Under the pieces are notes generated by a model that was given only the letters and a program-made list of their open reading frames with translations, was not told the DNA's origin and did not search any database. A stretch of 64,000 nucleotides of DNA, taken from assembly GCA_028873795.1 (NCBI GenBank), contig JAPPNP010000014.1, positions 7,669 to 71,668 on the forward strand, given 5' to 3'. The stretch's first letter is position 1, and each line of letters begins with the position of its first letter. A program made the translations under genes and the position numbers. Source of the DNA: Chloroflexota bacterium. GTDB lineage: Bacteria; Chloroflexota; UBA11872. Below, piece after piece: positions 36,756 through 46,053 of this stretch.

Positions 36756-37176
36756 TTTCGGTGATGCCGGCGGATTCCTCGTCGAGCGCGTCGATGCCGC
36801 GTCGAATGCTGGCGAGATGCGAAATCAGGCGGTGCTCGATATCTCGCAGCATATTGAGCGCGTAGACATCCATCTCCTCGCGCGACGCCTCGGTTCGCTC
36901 CTCGGCCGCCTCGATGATTTGCTCCGCTCGGGCCTCGGCCTGGCGCACGATCTCCTCGTCGCGAAGCATTTGATCCGCCTGCTCGCGGGCCTGCTGGATG
37001 ATCTGCTCCGCCTCCATTTGGGCCGACTGCGGAATCTGCTCGCGCTCTCGCAGCACTCGCCGCGCCTCCCGGACTTCCTCCGGAATGCGAATGCGCATTT
37101 CGTCGACGATCTCAAGAAGCGCGCGCTCGTCCATCACGATGCGACGCATCATCGGCACGCGCTGGGCAGCGGTCAC
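36733..37176 (-). CDS. hypothetical coiled-coil protein (ATPase b/E-subunit-like Glu/Arg/Gln-rich helix)
   Basis: ORF with GTG start 37176. The frame stays open and protein-like (AIDLINLIERLEAL) up to the coaD stop at 37222-37224, so the real start may be further upstream. See the finding at 36733-37230. Confidence 0.6.
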   Translation of the reverse strand: MTAAQRVPMMRRIVMDERALLEIVDEMRIRIPEEVREARRVLREREQIPQSAQMEAEQIIQQAREQADQMLRDEEIVRQAEARAEQIIEAAEERTEASREEMDVYALNMLRDIEHRLISHLASIRRGIDALDEESAGITEIGEEETV

Positions 37177-37221
37177 CAGCGCCTCAAGACGTTCAATTAG
37201 GTTGATGAGGTCGATGGCTAG

Positions 37222-37713
37222 CTACCTCCTCGGCGACGCATCGCCGTACTTCGCGGCCACGGCCGTGGCAACGTTTGGCGGCACAAACGGGGCCACACTT
37301 CGGCCCAGGGCGCCGATCTCCCGCACCAACGACGAACTCACGTAGGCATGCTCGGGCGCTGAGAGGAAGAACACCGTATCCAATTCCGGCGCCAGACGGC
37401 GGTTCATGGCCGACAGCGCAAACTCATACTCGAAGTCAGATACCGCTCGCAGGCCGCGCACGAGCACGCTCGCTCCAATGTCCCGCGCAAAGTCTACCGT
37501 GAGTCCCCGATAGTCGCGCACCGAAACGTTGGGCAGGTGCGCAGTTGCCTCCCGCACCAACTCCACACGCTCCTCAGTGGAAAACAATGTGCCCGATTGC
37601 GGCTGTTGGTAGACCCCGGCCACGACCTCGGCATGAAAGGCCGCGCTGCGTGCGATCAGGTCCAGGTGCCCGTTGGTCGCCGGGTCGAATGTGGCAGCAA
37701 AAAGCGCGCGCAT
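37222..37713 (-). CDS. coaD: phosphopantetheine adenylyltransferase
   Basis: 163 aa with F.ATFDP.TNGHLD.I.R and GLRAVSDFEYE. Confidence 0.9.
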   Translation of the reverse strand: MRALFAATFDPATNGHLDLIARSAAFHAEVVAGVYQQPQSGTLFSTEERVELVREATAHLPNVSVRDYRGLTVDFARDIGASVLVRGLRAVSDFEYEFALSAMNRRLAPELDTVFFLSAPEHAYVSSSLVREIGALGRSVAPFVPPNVATAVAAKYGDASPRR

Positions 37714-37743
37714 ATGGCAAATTCGCTGGGGTGGCGAGCGCGA

Positions 37744-38334
37744 TTATAGCGACGTTCGATGGTCATCGGACTCGCCGTTTCGCGATCGGCGGTAGACGGC
37801 AAAGGCCCCATCTCCGTGCCGTCGAGTCTTCCAGGCGCACCATCGCGGAGGAGCGTCGGGGACGACGCGGCGGGCGCTGAATTCGGCGACGACCAGTCCG
37901 TCGCCCGATACCAAACCAGGCTCGGCCAGCCGCTCCAGAAGCTGAATCCACGGATCGTCGGCGTAGGGCGGATCCGCCAGCACCAACCCAAACGGACCGC
38001 CGGCGGCTAGATCGGCGCGAAGCACATCCGCGCGCTCAACGGTTGCGCAATGGTCCAGCTCGAGCCGGCGCAGATTGGCGCGAATTGCGGCGCAGGCGCG
38101 AGTGTCGCGCTCGATGAATCGCACGTGCTCCGCGCCGCGGCTCAGCGCCTCGATCCCAAGCGCGCCGGAGCCCGCGTAGCAATCCAGCACCCGCGCCGGC
38201 GGTGGAGCCCCCAGGGAGTCGAAAATGGCGGCCCGTAGGCGATCGATCGTGGGGCGCGTGGCCGCCGCGACCTCAATGCGCCGCCCGCGCAGGTCGCCCG
38301 CCACCACACGCAGTCCGCGCCCCCTGGATGCCAC
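37744..38334 (-). CDS. rsmD: 16S rRNA (guanine966-N2)-methyltransferase RsmD
   Basis: R...G...GR.......RPT.DR.R.A.F, D.YAGSGALGIEALSRGA and DPPY. Confidence 0.85.
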   Translation of the reverse strand: MASRGRGLRVVAGDLRGRRIEVAAATRPTIDRLRAAIFDSLGAPPPARVLDCYAGSGALGIEALSRGAEHVRFIERDTRACAAIRANLRRLELDHCATVERADVLRADLAAGGPFGLVLADPPYADDPWIQLLERLAEPGLVSGDGLVVAEFSARRVVPDAPPRWCAWKTRRHGDGAFAVYRRSRNGESDDHRTSL

Positions 38335-38369
38335 TCAGGACCGCGGGCGAGAGCCGGTGGGCTGTGTGC

Positions 38370-40694
38370 TCAGCTCCACTCGCTCTCCTGGAGCATGGAT
38401 TGAACGGCGACCGCGAGCCGGGCGTGCTCCGGGCGCTCAAGCTCGGGGTCGAGCTGGATGATGGCCTCGGCGTCCTCGCGGGTTCGCCAGATCATTTCCA
38501 TATCGCTCACGCTCGCAAACTGAAAGCCGGTCAGCCCGTGTTGGCGCGTGCCCAAGATATCGCCGGGGCCGCGCAGCTCGAGGTCGCGCTCGGCCAACTT
38601 GAAGCCATCGTGCACGGACTGAAGAATTCGCAGGCGCGCGTTCTCGGTGGCGTCCGTGGTGTCGCTTAGCAGCAGGCAGTGACTTTGCCGACCGCCGCGT
38701 CCGACTCGCCCGCGCAATTGGTGCAGCTGCGACAGACCGAAGCGCTCGGCGCCCTCGATCATGATGACGGTGGCCTGCGGCACGTCGATGCCGACCTCGA
38801 CAACGGCGGTGCCGACGAGAATCTTCACCTCGCCATCGCGAAACGCTCGCATCACCGCGTCCTTGGCCTTGGCGCTCAGCCGCCCGTGAAGGAGTCCGAT
38901 GGCGTGCGCCAGGTCGGGATAGACCTGCGTGGTGAGACGCTCGAACTCATCCTTGGCGGACCGCACCTGGAGCGATTCCGACTCCTGGATGAGGGGGCAG
39001 ATCACGAAGGCCTGTCCGCCGGATTCCACTTGCTGGCGCACGAAGGCGTAGGCGTCGGCCCGGCGAGACTGCGGCACCCAGGCCGTCCGCACCGGTTCGC
39101 GTCCCTGCGGCATTTCGCGAATCGAGGTGATGTCCAGGTCGCCGTAGAACGTCAGCGCCAGAGTCCGCGGAATCGGCGTGGCGGTCATCGCGAGCAGATG
39201 CGGGTTGTATCCCTTTGCCCGGATTTCGCCGCGCTGCTGCACGCCGAAGCGGTGTTGCTCGTCCACCACGGCGAGATTCAGGTGAGCAAATCGCGCGCTT
39301 TGCTGGATGAGCGCCTGCGTGCCCACGACCACGCCGATGTCGCCGGCGGCCACTTCCCGCCACAGCCGGCGCTTTGTCGCAGCCGGAGTGCCGCCGCTGA
39401 TGCGCTCCACGCGCACGCCCAGCGGCTCCAGCAGCTCGGCCAGCGTCTGGGCGTGCTGCTCGGCCAGCACCTCGGTCGGCGCCATCATGGCGCCCTGCCA
39501 GCCGGCGCGGCATACCGCGAACAGCGCCCCGGCGGCGACGGCGGTCTTGCCCGAGCCCACGTCGCCCTGCACCAGCCGGCTCATTGGCGTGTCTCGCCCC
39601 AAATCGTTGAGCACGTCAACCAGCGCCGCGCGCTGATCGTCCGTGAGCGTGAAGGGCAGCCGCGCGCCGAACTCCGCCATCGCGTCGCGGTCGAACGCGA
39701 TCGGTCGTCCCGGCTGTGAGCCGCGCCAGCGGCCGCGGTGGGTGAGGATCGCCAACTGATAGACCAGCAGCTCATCGAACGCAAGGCGCGCCATCGCGGT
39801 ATCGGCATTGGCGGCCGAGTCGGGCCGGTGCATCATCTCCACCGCTTCGGCCAGGCCGGGGAGCTCGCGGCGCTGTCGCAGCGCGTCCGGCAACGGGTCC
39901 TCCACGAGGTGGGCGTGCGAATCCACGGCCGCGGACACCCACCGCCGCAGCTGACGCTGCGTCACGCCCGCGGTCAATGGGTAGACCGGCACCAGCCGGC
40001 CGGCGTGCAGCCGCTCCGCCGCGTCCAGCTCATACTCAGGACTCGTCAGCTGCAGCCCGCTGCGGCCGTAGTCCACGCGGCCGGCAAGGGCCACGTTTGG
40101 GCGACCGGCCAGCGTATTCGCCAGGTACGGCTGGTTGAACCACACGGCGGTGATCTGCCCGGAGTCGTCCTGCAAGACCGCCTCGGTGATGCTGAGTCGC
40201 CGGGTCCGCGCGCGACGCGAGGCGACATCCACAATCGACCCGACCAGCGTCACGTCTTCTCCGGCATTGACGCGGGCGATGGGAACGGTCGCGCTGTGGT
40301 CGATGTAGCGATGCGGGGCATGTCGCAACAAATCGACCACGGTCGTCAACCCCAAGCTGCGCAGTCGCTTGGCCGCCGTGGCCCCGATTCCCCACAGCTC
40401 GGTGACGGGATCGGCCAAACTGCCGCTTGGCTCGGGCGCGACCTCTGGCGTCAGCAGCGGCAGCACGGTTTCGATCAGATGCTGCCGGGTCGCGGGCTTC
40501 AACGATGAGTATTGCGAGAGGCGCCGCAGGGCGGCGGCAATGTTCGGCGCCAGGTCGCCGAGATCGCGCTCGAGCCAGCGCGAAAGCCCGACGTCGACAG
40601 TGGCGTCGCGGTACCCGGCGCTCTGCTCCGCGCGCAGGACATCCGCGATCCGCTCGACCATCGCCCGCGCGGCCGGCGCGCCGGCGCCACTCAC
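38370..40694 (-). CDS. recG: ATP-dependent DNA helicase RecG
   Basis: 774 aa with a wedge/OB region, helicase motif I GDVGSGKT, DEQHRFGV and QLHQLRGRVGRG. Confidence 0.95.
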   Translation of the reverse strand: MSGAGAPAARAMVERIADVLRAEQSAGYRDATVDVGLSRWLERDLGDLAPNIAAALRRLSQYSSLKPATRQHLIETVLPLLTPEVAPEPSGSLADPVTELWGIGATAAKRLRSLGLTTVVDLLRHAPHRYIDHSATVPIARVNAGEDVTLVGSIVDVASRRARTRRLSITEAVLQDDSGQITAVWFNQPYLANTLAGRPNVALAGRVDYGRSGLQLTSPEYELDAAERLHAGRLVPVYPLTAGVTQRQLRRWVSAAVDSHAHLVEDPLPDALRQRRELPGLAEAVEMMHRPDSAANADTAMARLAFDELLVYQLAILTHRGRWRGSQPGRPIAFDRDAMAEFGARLPFTLTDDQRAALVDVLNDLGRDTPMSRLVQGDVGSGKTAVAAGALFAVCRAGWQGAMMAPTEVLAEQHAQTLAELLEPLGVRVERISGGTPAATKRRLWREVAAGDIGVVVGTQALIQQSARFAHLNLAVVDEQHRFGVQQRGEIRAKGYNPHLLAMTATPIPRTLALTFYGDLDITSIREMPQGREPVRTAWVPQSRRADAYAFVRQQVESGGQAFVICPLIQESESLQVRSAKDEFERLTTQVYPDLAHAIGLLHGRLSAKAKDAVMRAFRDGEVKILVGTAVVEVGIDVPQATVIMIEGAERFGLSQLHQLRGRVGRGGRQSHCLLLSDTTDATENARLRILQSVHDGFKLAERDLELRGPGDILGTRQHGLTGFQFASVSDMEMIWRTREDAEAIIQLDPELERPEHARLAVAVQSMLQESEWS

Positions 40695-40697
40695 GCG

Positions 40698-42341
40698 CTA
40701 CTCGACCGAGATGACGTAGTCGTAAAGCTCCTGGCCGCCCGAAATCACTTCAACCTCGAGGTCCGGAAAGCTCGCCTCGAGGTCTTCGCTGAGCTGCTCG
40801 ATGGTCTCCGACGCCACCTGGCTGCCGAAGTAAACCGTGACGAGTTCCGGCTCGTCGTCGGCCAGCCCCTCAAGCATGCGCTTCACCAGGTCATTGGGGT
40901 CCTGGCCGGTGATGACCAACTCATCGTCCTGGAGCCCAAGGTAGTTCCCCTGGGCGATCTCCAAGCCATTGATGTTGGCATCACGCACGGCTTGCGTGAT
41001 TTCCAGCGTGGTGATATCGCCCGCCGCCGCCTGCATCGTGCGTTCGTTCAGGTCCGCGGGCGCCGTGGGATTGAACCCCACCAGCGCCGCGACGCCCGCG
41101 GGCACGGTGCGCGTCTCGATCACTCGCACGTCTTTGCCGGATTGCTCAGCCGCCTGGCGTGCGGCCATCACGATGTTCTTGTTGTTGGGCAGCACGACCG
41201 CCCAATCGCCCTCGAGAGCCTCGACGGCCTCGAGGATGTCGCCCGCGCTCGGGTTCATGCTGGCCCCGCCTTCGACAACGGTTGCGCCCAGGCTTTCGAA
41301 GATTTGGGTGAGGCCCGCGCCCGTGGCCGTCGCCACAACCGGAACCTGGGCAACCGTGGCCGTCGAAGCCTCGGTGGCGGCCGCGGCAAAGCTCTCCGCT
41401 TGCTGCATGTCCATGTTCTCGGCCTTGACGGCGTCGAGCGGGCCGTAGGCCAGCGCCGCGTTTAGCACGTCGCCAGGCGTTTCCGTATGCAAGTGGACCC
41501 GGATCAAGGTAGGGTCGCCCACGACCAAGAGCGACCCGCCGTACTCGCCCATCGTCTCGCGCACCGTGTCAGGATCCATGTCGGTGCCGAGGATCACGAA
41601 CTCCGTGCAATATCCGTGCTCGTCGGCGCCATGAGCAGCGGCGAAATCGAAGAACGTTTCCACCCCTCGGTCCTCGGTGATTACCTCCGGGGGCGGCAAA
41701 CCGCGCAGGTTTCGCAGTAGACCTTCGTAGATCACCAGCAGGCCCTGGCCGCCCGCGTCGACGACGCCGGCTTCCTTGAGCACCGCCAACTGCTCGGGCG
41801 TACGCTGAACCGACGTGCGCGCCGCATCCACCACGGTCGTGCCCAGGTCCTCCAGCGTGTCCGCGGCGTTCGACACCGCAGCCTTCGCCGCGTCCCGCGC
41901 CACCGTGAGGATGGTGCCCTCGACCGGATTCGTCACCGATTCATCGGCGGCCCGGGAGGCCTGTTCGATGCCACGGGCGAACTCGGCCGGTTTGCACTGT
42001 GCAAACTTCGCCAGGCCTTCGCTCATCCCACGCAGGATTTGCGAGAGGATCACGCCGGAGTTGCCCCGCGCGCCAAGCAATGACCCACGAGCCAAGGCCC
42101 GGCCAACCTCGGCCACGGTCGGCGATTCCAACTCAGAAGCCTGCTTCATGGCCGAGCGCAGCGTGAGCACCATGTTGGTGCCGGTGTCCCCGTCGGGAAC
42201 TGGAAAGACGTTGAGCCGGTCGATGCGCGCGGAGTTGGCCTCGAGCCACTCCAGGCTTGCCGCCATGCCACGCTGAAAGGCGGTGCCGGAAACGACGTCA
42301 GGTGGCGCGGTGTCCGCCCCGTTCTCGTCAAATGACGCCAC
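40698..42341 (-). CDS. yloV: DAK2 domain fusion protein YloV
   Basis: 547 aa with an N-terminal DhaL-like domain (LN.FPVPDGDTGTNM) plus a C-terminal DegV-like half. It sits upstream of recG as in Firmicutes. Confidence 0.85.
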   Translation of the reverse strand: MASFDENGADTAPPDVVSGTAFQRGMAASLEWLEANSARIDRLNVFPVPDGDTGTNMVLTLRSAMKQASELESPTVAEVGRALARGSLLGARGNSGVILSQILRGMSEGLAKFAQCKPAEFARGIEQASRAADESVTNPVEGTILTVARDAAKAAVSNAADTLEDLGTTVVDAARTSVQRTPEQLAVLKEAGVVDAGGQGLLVIYEGLLRNLRGLPPPEVITEDRGVETFFDFAAAHGADEHGYCTEFVILGTDMDPDTVRETMGEYGGSLLVVGDPTLIRVHLHTETPGDVLNAALAYGPLDAVKAENMDMQQAESFAAAATEASTATVAQVPVVATATGAGLTQIFESLGATVVEGGASMNPSAGDILEAVEALEGDWAVVLPNNKNIVMAARQAAEQSGKDVRVIETRTVPAGVAALVGFNPTAPADLNERTMQAAAGDITTLEITQAVRDANINGLEIAQGNYLGLQDDELVITGQDPNDLVKRMLEGLADDEPELVTVYFGSQVASETIEQLSEDLEASFPDLEVEVISGGQELYDYVISVE

Positions 42342-42417
42342 TGTTTTACCCGTTTTCCGTGCTAGCCTGTTGCGGGCGATCTTAGGAACGCCTTGGATTC
42401 TCCGTCAACGCTAGGAA

Positions 42418-42636
42418 ATGGTGGACTCGGTGGCGACTTGTCAGGTCTGCGACACTCGTACGCAGTTTGGCAATCACATTCGTCACAAGGCTTCCGGGCG
42501 TTGGGAACGGAAAGCCACCAAGAAGCCGCGCCGCTGGCGCGTCAACGTGCAGCGCAAGCGAGTGTTCGTCGATGGGCGCTACCAGCGCATGAACATCTGC
42601 ACCGGCTGCATCCGCACGCTCGACAAAGCGGACTAG
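42418..42636 (+). CDS. rpmB: 50S ribosomal protein L28
   Basis: ATCQVC......GN..RH and R.W..N.Q. The start is more likely GTG 42430 (M-ATCQVC) than ATG 42418, which sits only 1 nt after the AGGAA SD. Confidence 0.85.
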   Translation: MVDSVATCQVCDTRTQFGNHIRHKASGRWERKATKKPRRWRVNVQRKRVFVDGRYQRMNICTGCIRTLDKAD

Positions 42637-43304
42637 CCGAGGGCGCGCCGGAGCGCGCGCACGCCGGCCGCCGGGCCGTCGCCATGGCCGAAAACTGAGG
42701 TTCCGGCGACCAGTACATTTCCGCCGGCTTGGACGACGCTCGGGGCAGTCTCGGCGTTGATGCCGCCGTCGACCACCAGGTCGACCTTCGTCGACTGCGA
42801 CTCGATGCGTGTGGCCAGCGACGCGATGCGCTCGAGCATTTCCGGAATGAACGCCTGGCCGCCGGCGCCAGGCTCGACGCTCATCACCAGCACGATGTCG
42901 AGAGCATCCAGATAGGGCCACAGCAATGACTCGGGCGTCCCGGGCCGCAGCGTCAGCCCGGCGCGCACGCCGAGCTCTCGAATCCGGCGCAGCGTAGCGG
43001 CGGGGTCCGCCACGGCTTCGACGTGCACCGTGATGGCGTCGGCGCCGGCGGCGACAAAGTCGTCAAGGTGCGGCTCGACCGGCTCGATCATCAGGTGAAC
43101 GTCGAGTGGCAGCCTCGTGGCGGCGCGCGCCGCCCCGACGGCGGGCGTGCCGAACGAGATGCTCGGCACGAAGGCGCCGTCCATCACATCGACGTGAATC
43201 CAGTCGGCGCCGCCGGCGTCGACGGCGCGGATTTCCTCACCCAAGCGGCCGAAATCCGCCGCCAGGATCGAGGGCGCGATGCGCGCCCTCGCCTCAGGAG
43301 GCAT
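42633..43304 (-). CDS. rpe: ribulose-phosphate 3-epimerase
   Basis: ORF trimmed to ATG 43304 (MPPEARARIAPSILAADF). Contains HVDVMDG.FVP, VHVE, MSV.PG.GGQ.F and VDGGI. Confidence 0.9.
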   Translation of the reverse strand: MPPEARARIAPSILAADFGRLGEEIRAVDAGGADWIHVDVMDGAFVPSISFGTPAVGAARAATRLPLDVHLMIEPVEPHLDDFVAAGADAITVHVEAVADPAATLRRIRELGVRAGLTLRPGTPESLLWPYLDALDIVLVMSVEPGAGGQAFIPEMLERIASLATRIESQSTKVDLVVDGGINAETAPSVVQAGGNVLVAGTSVFGHGDGPAAGVRALRRALG

Positions 43305-44451
43305 GGCCCGTAGCGGCCGTTGATTGGGACCGTCGACGCCAGACCGCACCATCGGCCCGCAACTGCCCGCAGGCGCCGGCGATCTCGCGTCCGCGCGTTT
43401 GACGGATGGTCGCCGTCACGCCGCGGCGCCGCAGCTCGTCGCGGAAGCGACGCGTCGTCCCGGCCGCCGGCGCCTCGTATGCCGCACCTGGAAACGGATT
43501 GAAGGGAATCAGGTTCACGTGACAGGTTTGACCGTCGAGGAGCCGTGCGAGATCGCGCGCCTGGGCCACTTGGTCGTTGACATCGCGGAGCATGGTGTAT
43601 TCGTACGATACCCGCCGCCGCGTCTCCCGCTGGTAGGCGATGCTCGATGCCATCAACGTGGCGAGGTCCACATGCTTGGCCAGCGGCACGAGGGTGGCGC
43701 GGATGTCGTCGCTGGCGGCGTGCAGCGAAATGGCCAGGCCGATTTGCCAGGGCCAGCGCGCCAGCTCCGCGATGCCTGCCGGCAGCCCAACCGTCGACAC
43801 GGTGACGTGGCGCGCCCCAAGCCCACCACGTCCGGGATCGACCAGCGCCTCGACCGCATCGCGCACGTTGGCCGTGTTGGCCAGCGGCTCGCCCATGCCC
43901 ATGAAGACCACGCGGTCCGGAGCCGCGCTTTCCAGACTTTCGCGCCGCACATGCAGAAACTGGTCCACGATCTCCGCAACGCTCAGGTTGCGCGTGAGTC
44001 CGAGCGTTCCGGTCGCGCAAAAGGTGCAGCCCATCGCGCATCCGGCCTGGGAGCTAACGCAGACCGTCGTGGCGGCACCGCGCTCGCTCGGCAACTGCAC
44101 GGTTTCGAAAACGGTGCCATCGGCGGCCCGAAAGAGGAAGGCGCGTGTCCCGTCGCCCGCAATCCGCACGCGTGCGGGGCTGACGCTGCTGAATGCGAGC
44201 GTCGCGTCCAGGCGCTCGCGGAGCTGTCGCGGCAGCGGCGTGATCTGGTCGAACCCGCGCGCGTCGCCGCCGTAGATTCCGCGCCGGATCTGTTCGCGCC
44301 GGTAGCGGGGCTCGTCCGGCAAAAGCTCGGCAAGCGCCGAATCGGACAGCGCGCTTGCCGCGGGCCGGTGCGCTCGCGCGTGGGCGCTGGCAGCCGGCGG
44401 GTCGGTCGTCACGGTTTCAGGCAGGGCCCCTTGTGTCATTCCGCCGCCCAC
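43294..44451 (-). CDS. rlmN: 23S rRNA/tRNA (adenine-C2)-methyltransferase RlmN (radical SAM)
   Basis: CVSSQAGCAMGCTFCATG radical-SAM cluster, MGMGEPL, and the second catalytic Cys near the C-terminus (GACGQL). Confidence 0.9.
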   Translation of the reverse strand: MGGGMTQGALPETVTTDPPAASAHARAHRPAASALSDSALAELLPDEPRYRREQIRRGIYGGDARGFDQITPLPRQLRERLDATLAFSSVSPARVRIAGDGTRAFLFRAADGTVFETVQLPSERGAATTVCVSSQAGCAMGCTFCATGTLGLTRNLSVAEIVDQFLHVRRESLESAAPDRVVFMGMGEPLANTANVRDAVEALVDPGRGGLGARHVTVSTVGLPAGIAELARWPWQIGLAISLHAASDDIRATLVPLAKHVDLATLMASSIAYQRETRRRVSYEYTMLRDVNDQVAQARDLARLLDGQTCHVNLIPFNPFPGAAYEAPAAGTTRRFRDELRRRGVTATIRQTRGREIAGACGQLRADGAVWRRRSQSTAATGHAS

Positions 44452-44473
44452 GACCGCCCGTGAACCGGGTCGT

Positions 44474-45199
44474 CTAGCGCCGTCCTCCGGTCATGGCCAG
44501 CAGGCGCAGGGCGAAATACAGCACCTGCATCAGCGCGATGAACATGGCCGCCACGTAGGTCAGGGCCGCGGCGTCGAGCACCTTCTTGGCGTGCATACGC
44601 TCGGGGCTGCTGACGACACGCACCGACTCCATCAGCTTGAGCGCTCGCGCGCTGGCATTGAATTCGACCGGCAAGGTGATCACGGAGAACACGAACGCCG
44701 TGCTGAAGAGCAACAGTCCGATGACGGCTATCGGCACCCCAATTTCGTAGTTCTGCAGAAAGCCGGCCATGATGAACCCCAGGAACAGCAGCACGTAGCC
44801 GAACTTCGACCCAAACGTCGTCATCGGCACCATGGCGCTGCGCATCACCAGCCACGGGTAGCGGGTCTGGTCTTGGACGGCGTGCCCGGCTTCGTGCGCC
44901 GCAATGGCGACGGCCGCCAGCGAGTTGCTGTCGTAGACGCCCTCCGAGAGTCGGAGCACCTTGTGTCGCGGATCGTAGTGGTCGGTCAACTCGCCGGGCA
45001 CCCTCCGAACGTCCACGTGGTGAAGCCCGACGGCGTCCAGAATCCTCCGCGCGGCCATGGCCGCCGGCATGCCCGTTGACGAGACGACCTGCGAGTACTT
45101 CTGATACGTGCCGCGCACGCGCGATTGGGCCCACATCGCGAGGATAAACGCCGGGCCTATAAGCACGATGTACCAAATGTCGAAGAAGGGAGATAACAC
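44474..45199 (-). CDS. putative neutral zinc metallopeptidase (membrane, YugP-like family), copy A
   Basis: 241 aa with an N-terminal TM, HEAGHAVQ zinc motif and C-terminal TM helices. GTG start. Confidence 0.75.
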   Translation of the reverse strand: MLSPFFDIWYIVLIGPAFILAMWAQSRVRGTYQKYSQVVSSTGMPAAMAARRILDAVGLHHVDVRRVPGELTDHYDPRHKVLRLSEGVYDSNSLAAVAIAAHEAGHAVQDQTRYPWLVMRSAMVPMTTFGSKFGYVLLFLGFIMAGFLQNYEIGVPIAVIGLLLFSTAFVFSVITLPVEFNASARALKLMESVRVVSSPERMHAKKVLDAAALTYVAAMFIALMQVLYFALRLLAMTGGRR

Positions 45200-45314
45200 C
45201 TATGGCATGTCCCGCGCGAACGCTCGTTCGCAGCCTCACAGCCGGTCCTTCAAGGTTAGCACCGGGGTCTTGCACGGCTTGTGCCTAATCTCTCGCAAGG
45301 CGCAGCGTTTGCGC

Positions 45315-46016
45315 TCACCGAATCCTGCCGAAGACGCGCATCGCCCAGACCAGCGCACGGGCGAACGTGCCCACCAGCGACGCAAGATAGGTCCAGGCGG
45401 CTGCGTTCAGCAGTTCACGGACGCGCGGTCCCTCCGCCTCGGTGATTACTCCGGTCGCTTCCAGCGATCGGTGCGCGCGACGGCTGGCATCGAACTCAAC
45501 CGGCAGCGCCACGGCGGCAAGCAACAGGGCCAAGAGCAGGCCCACGACCCCCGACGCCGCGATCGCGAAGGCCGTGGGGTGACGCGTGGCGATGCCGACG
45601 ACGAGTCCGAGCACCATGATCAGCGGCGCGATGGCGGCGAAGGCCGACGCCACTCTCGCCACGAGCACGCGTAGGCGCAGCAGCGGATGACCCAGAGCGT
45701 CCTGCATGGCGTGGCCCACCTCGTGCGCGGCAATCGCCACGGCCGCAATCGAGTCGTCTGCGTAGACCTCTTCGGACAGGCGCAGCACCCGTCGCGCCGG
45801 ATCGTAGTGATCGGTCAGTGATCCCGGAACCGCGGTCACGCGGATGTCGCGCAGCCCCACCGACGCCAGCAGATAGCGCGCCGCCTGGTGCGCCGGCTGG
45901 CCGAAGCTGGAGACGATGTCGGCATGGCGGGCGAAGATTCGGCGCACGCGATATTGCGCCCACAGCACGGCCAGCATTGCCAACAGCGGCACGGCCCCGG
46001 CCAGGATTACTGCCAC
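45315..46016 (-). CDS. putative neutral zinc metallopeptidase (membrane, YugP-like family), copy B
   Basis: 233 aa with the same architecture as copy A, HEVGHAMQ and shared blocks (LTDHYDP....L.LSE.VY...S.AAVAIAAHE). Confidence 0.75.
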   Translation of the reverse strand: MAVILAGAVPLLAMLAVLWAQYRVRRIFARHADIVSSFGQPAHQAARYLLASVGLRDIRVTAVPGSLTDHYDPARRVLRLSEEVYADDSIAAVAIAAHEVGHAMQDALGHPLLRLRVLVARVASAFAAIAPLIMVLGLVVGIATRHPTAFAIAASGVVGLLLALLLAAVALPVEFDASRRAHRSLEATGVITEAEGPRVRELLNAAAWTYLASLVGTFARALVWAMRVFGRIR

Positions 46017-46053
46017 GGAACTCCTCGGCGGCGCTTCGCGCCCGCGACCGAAT

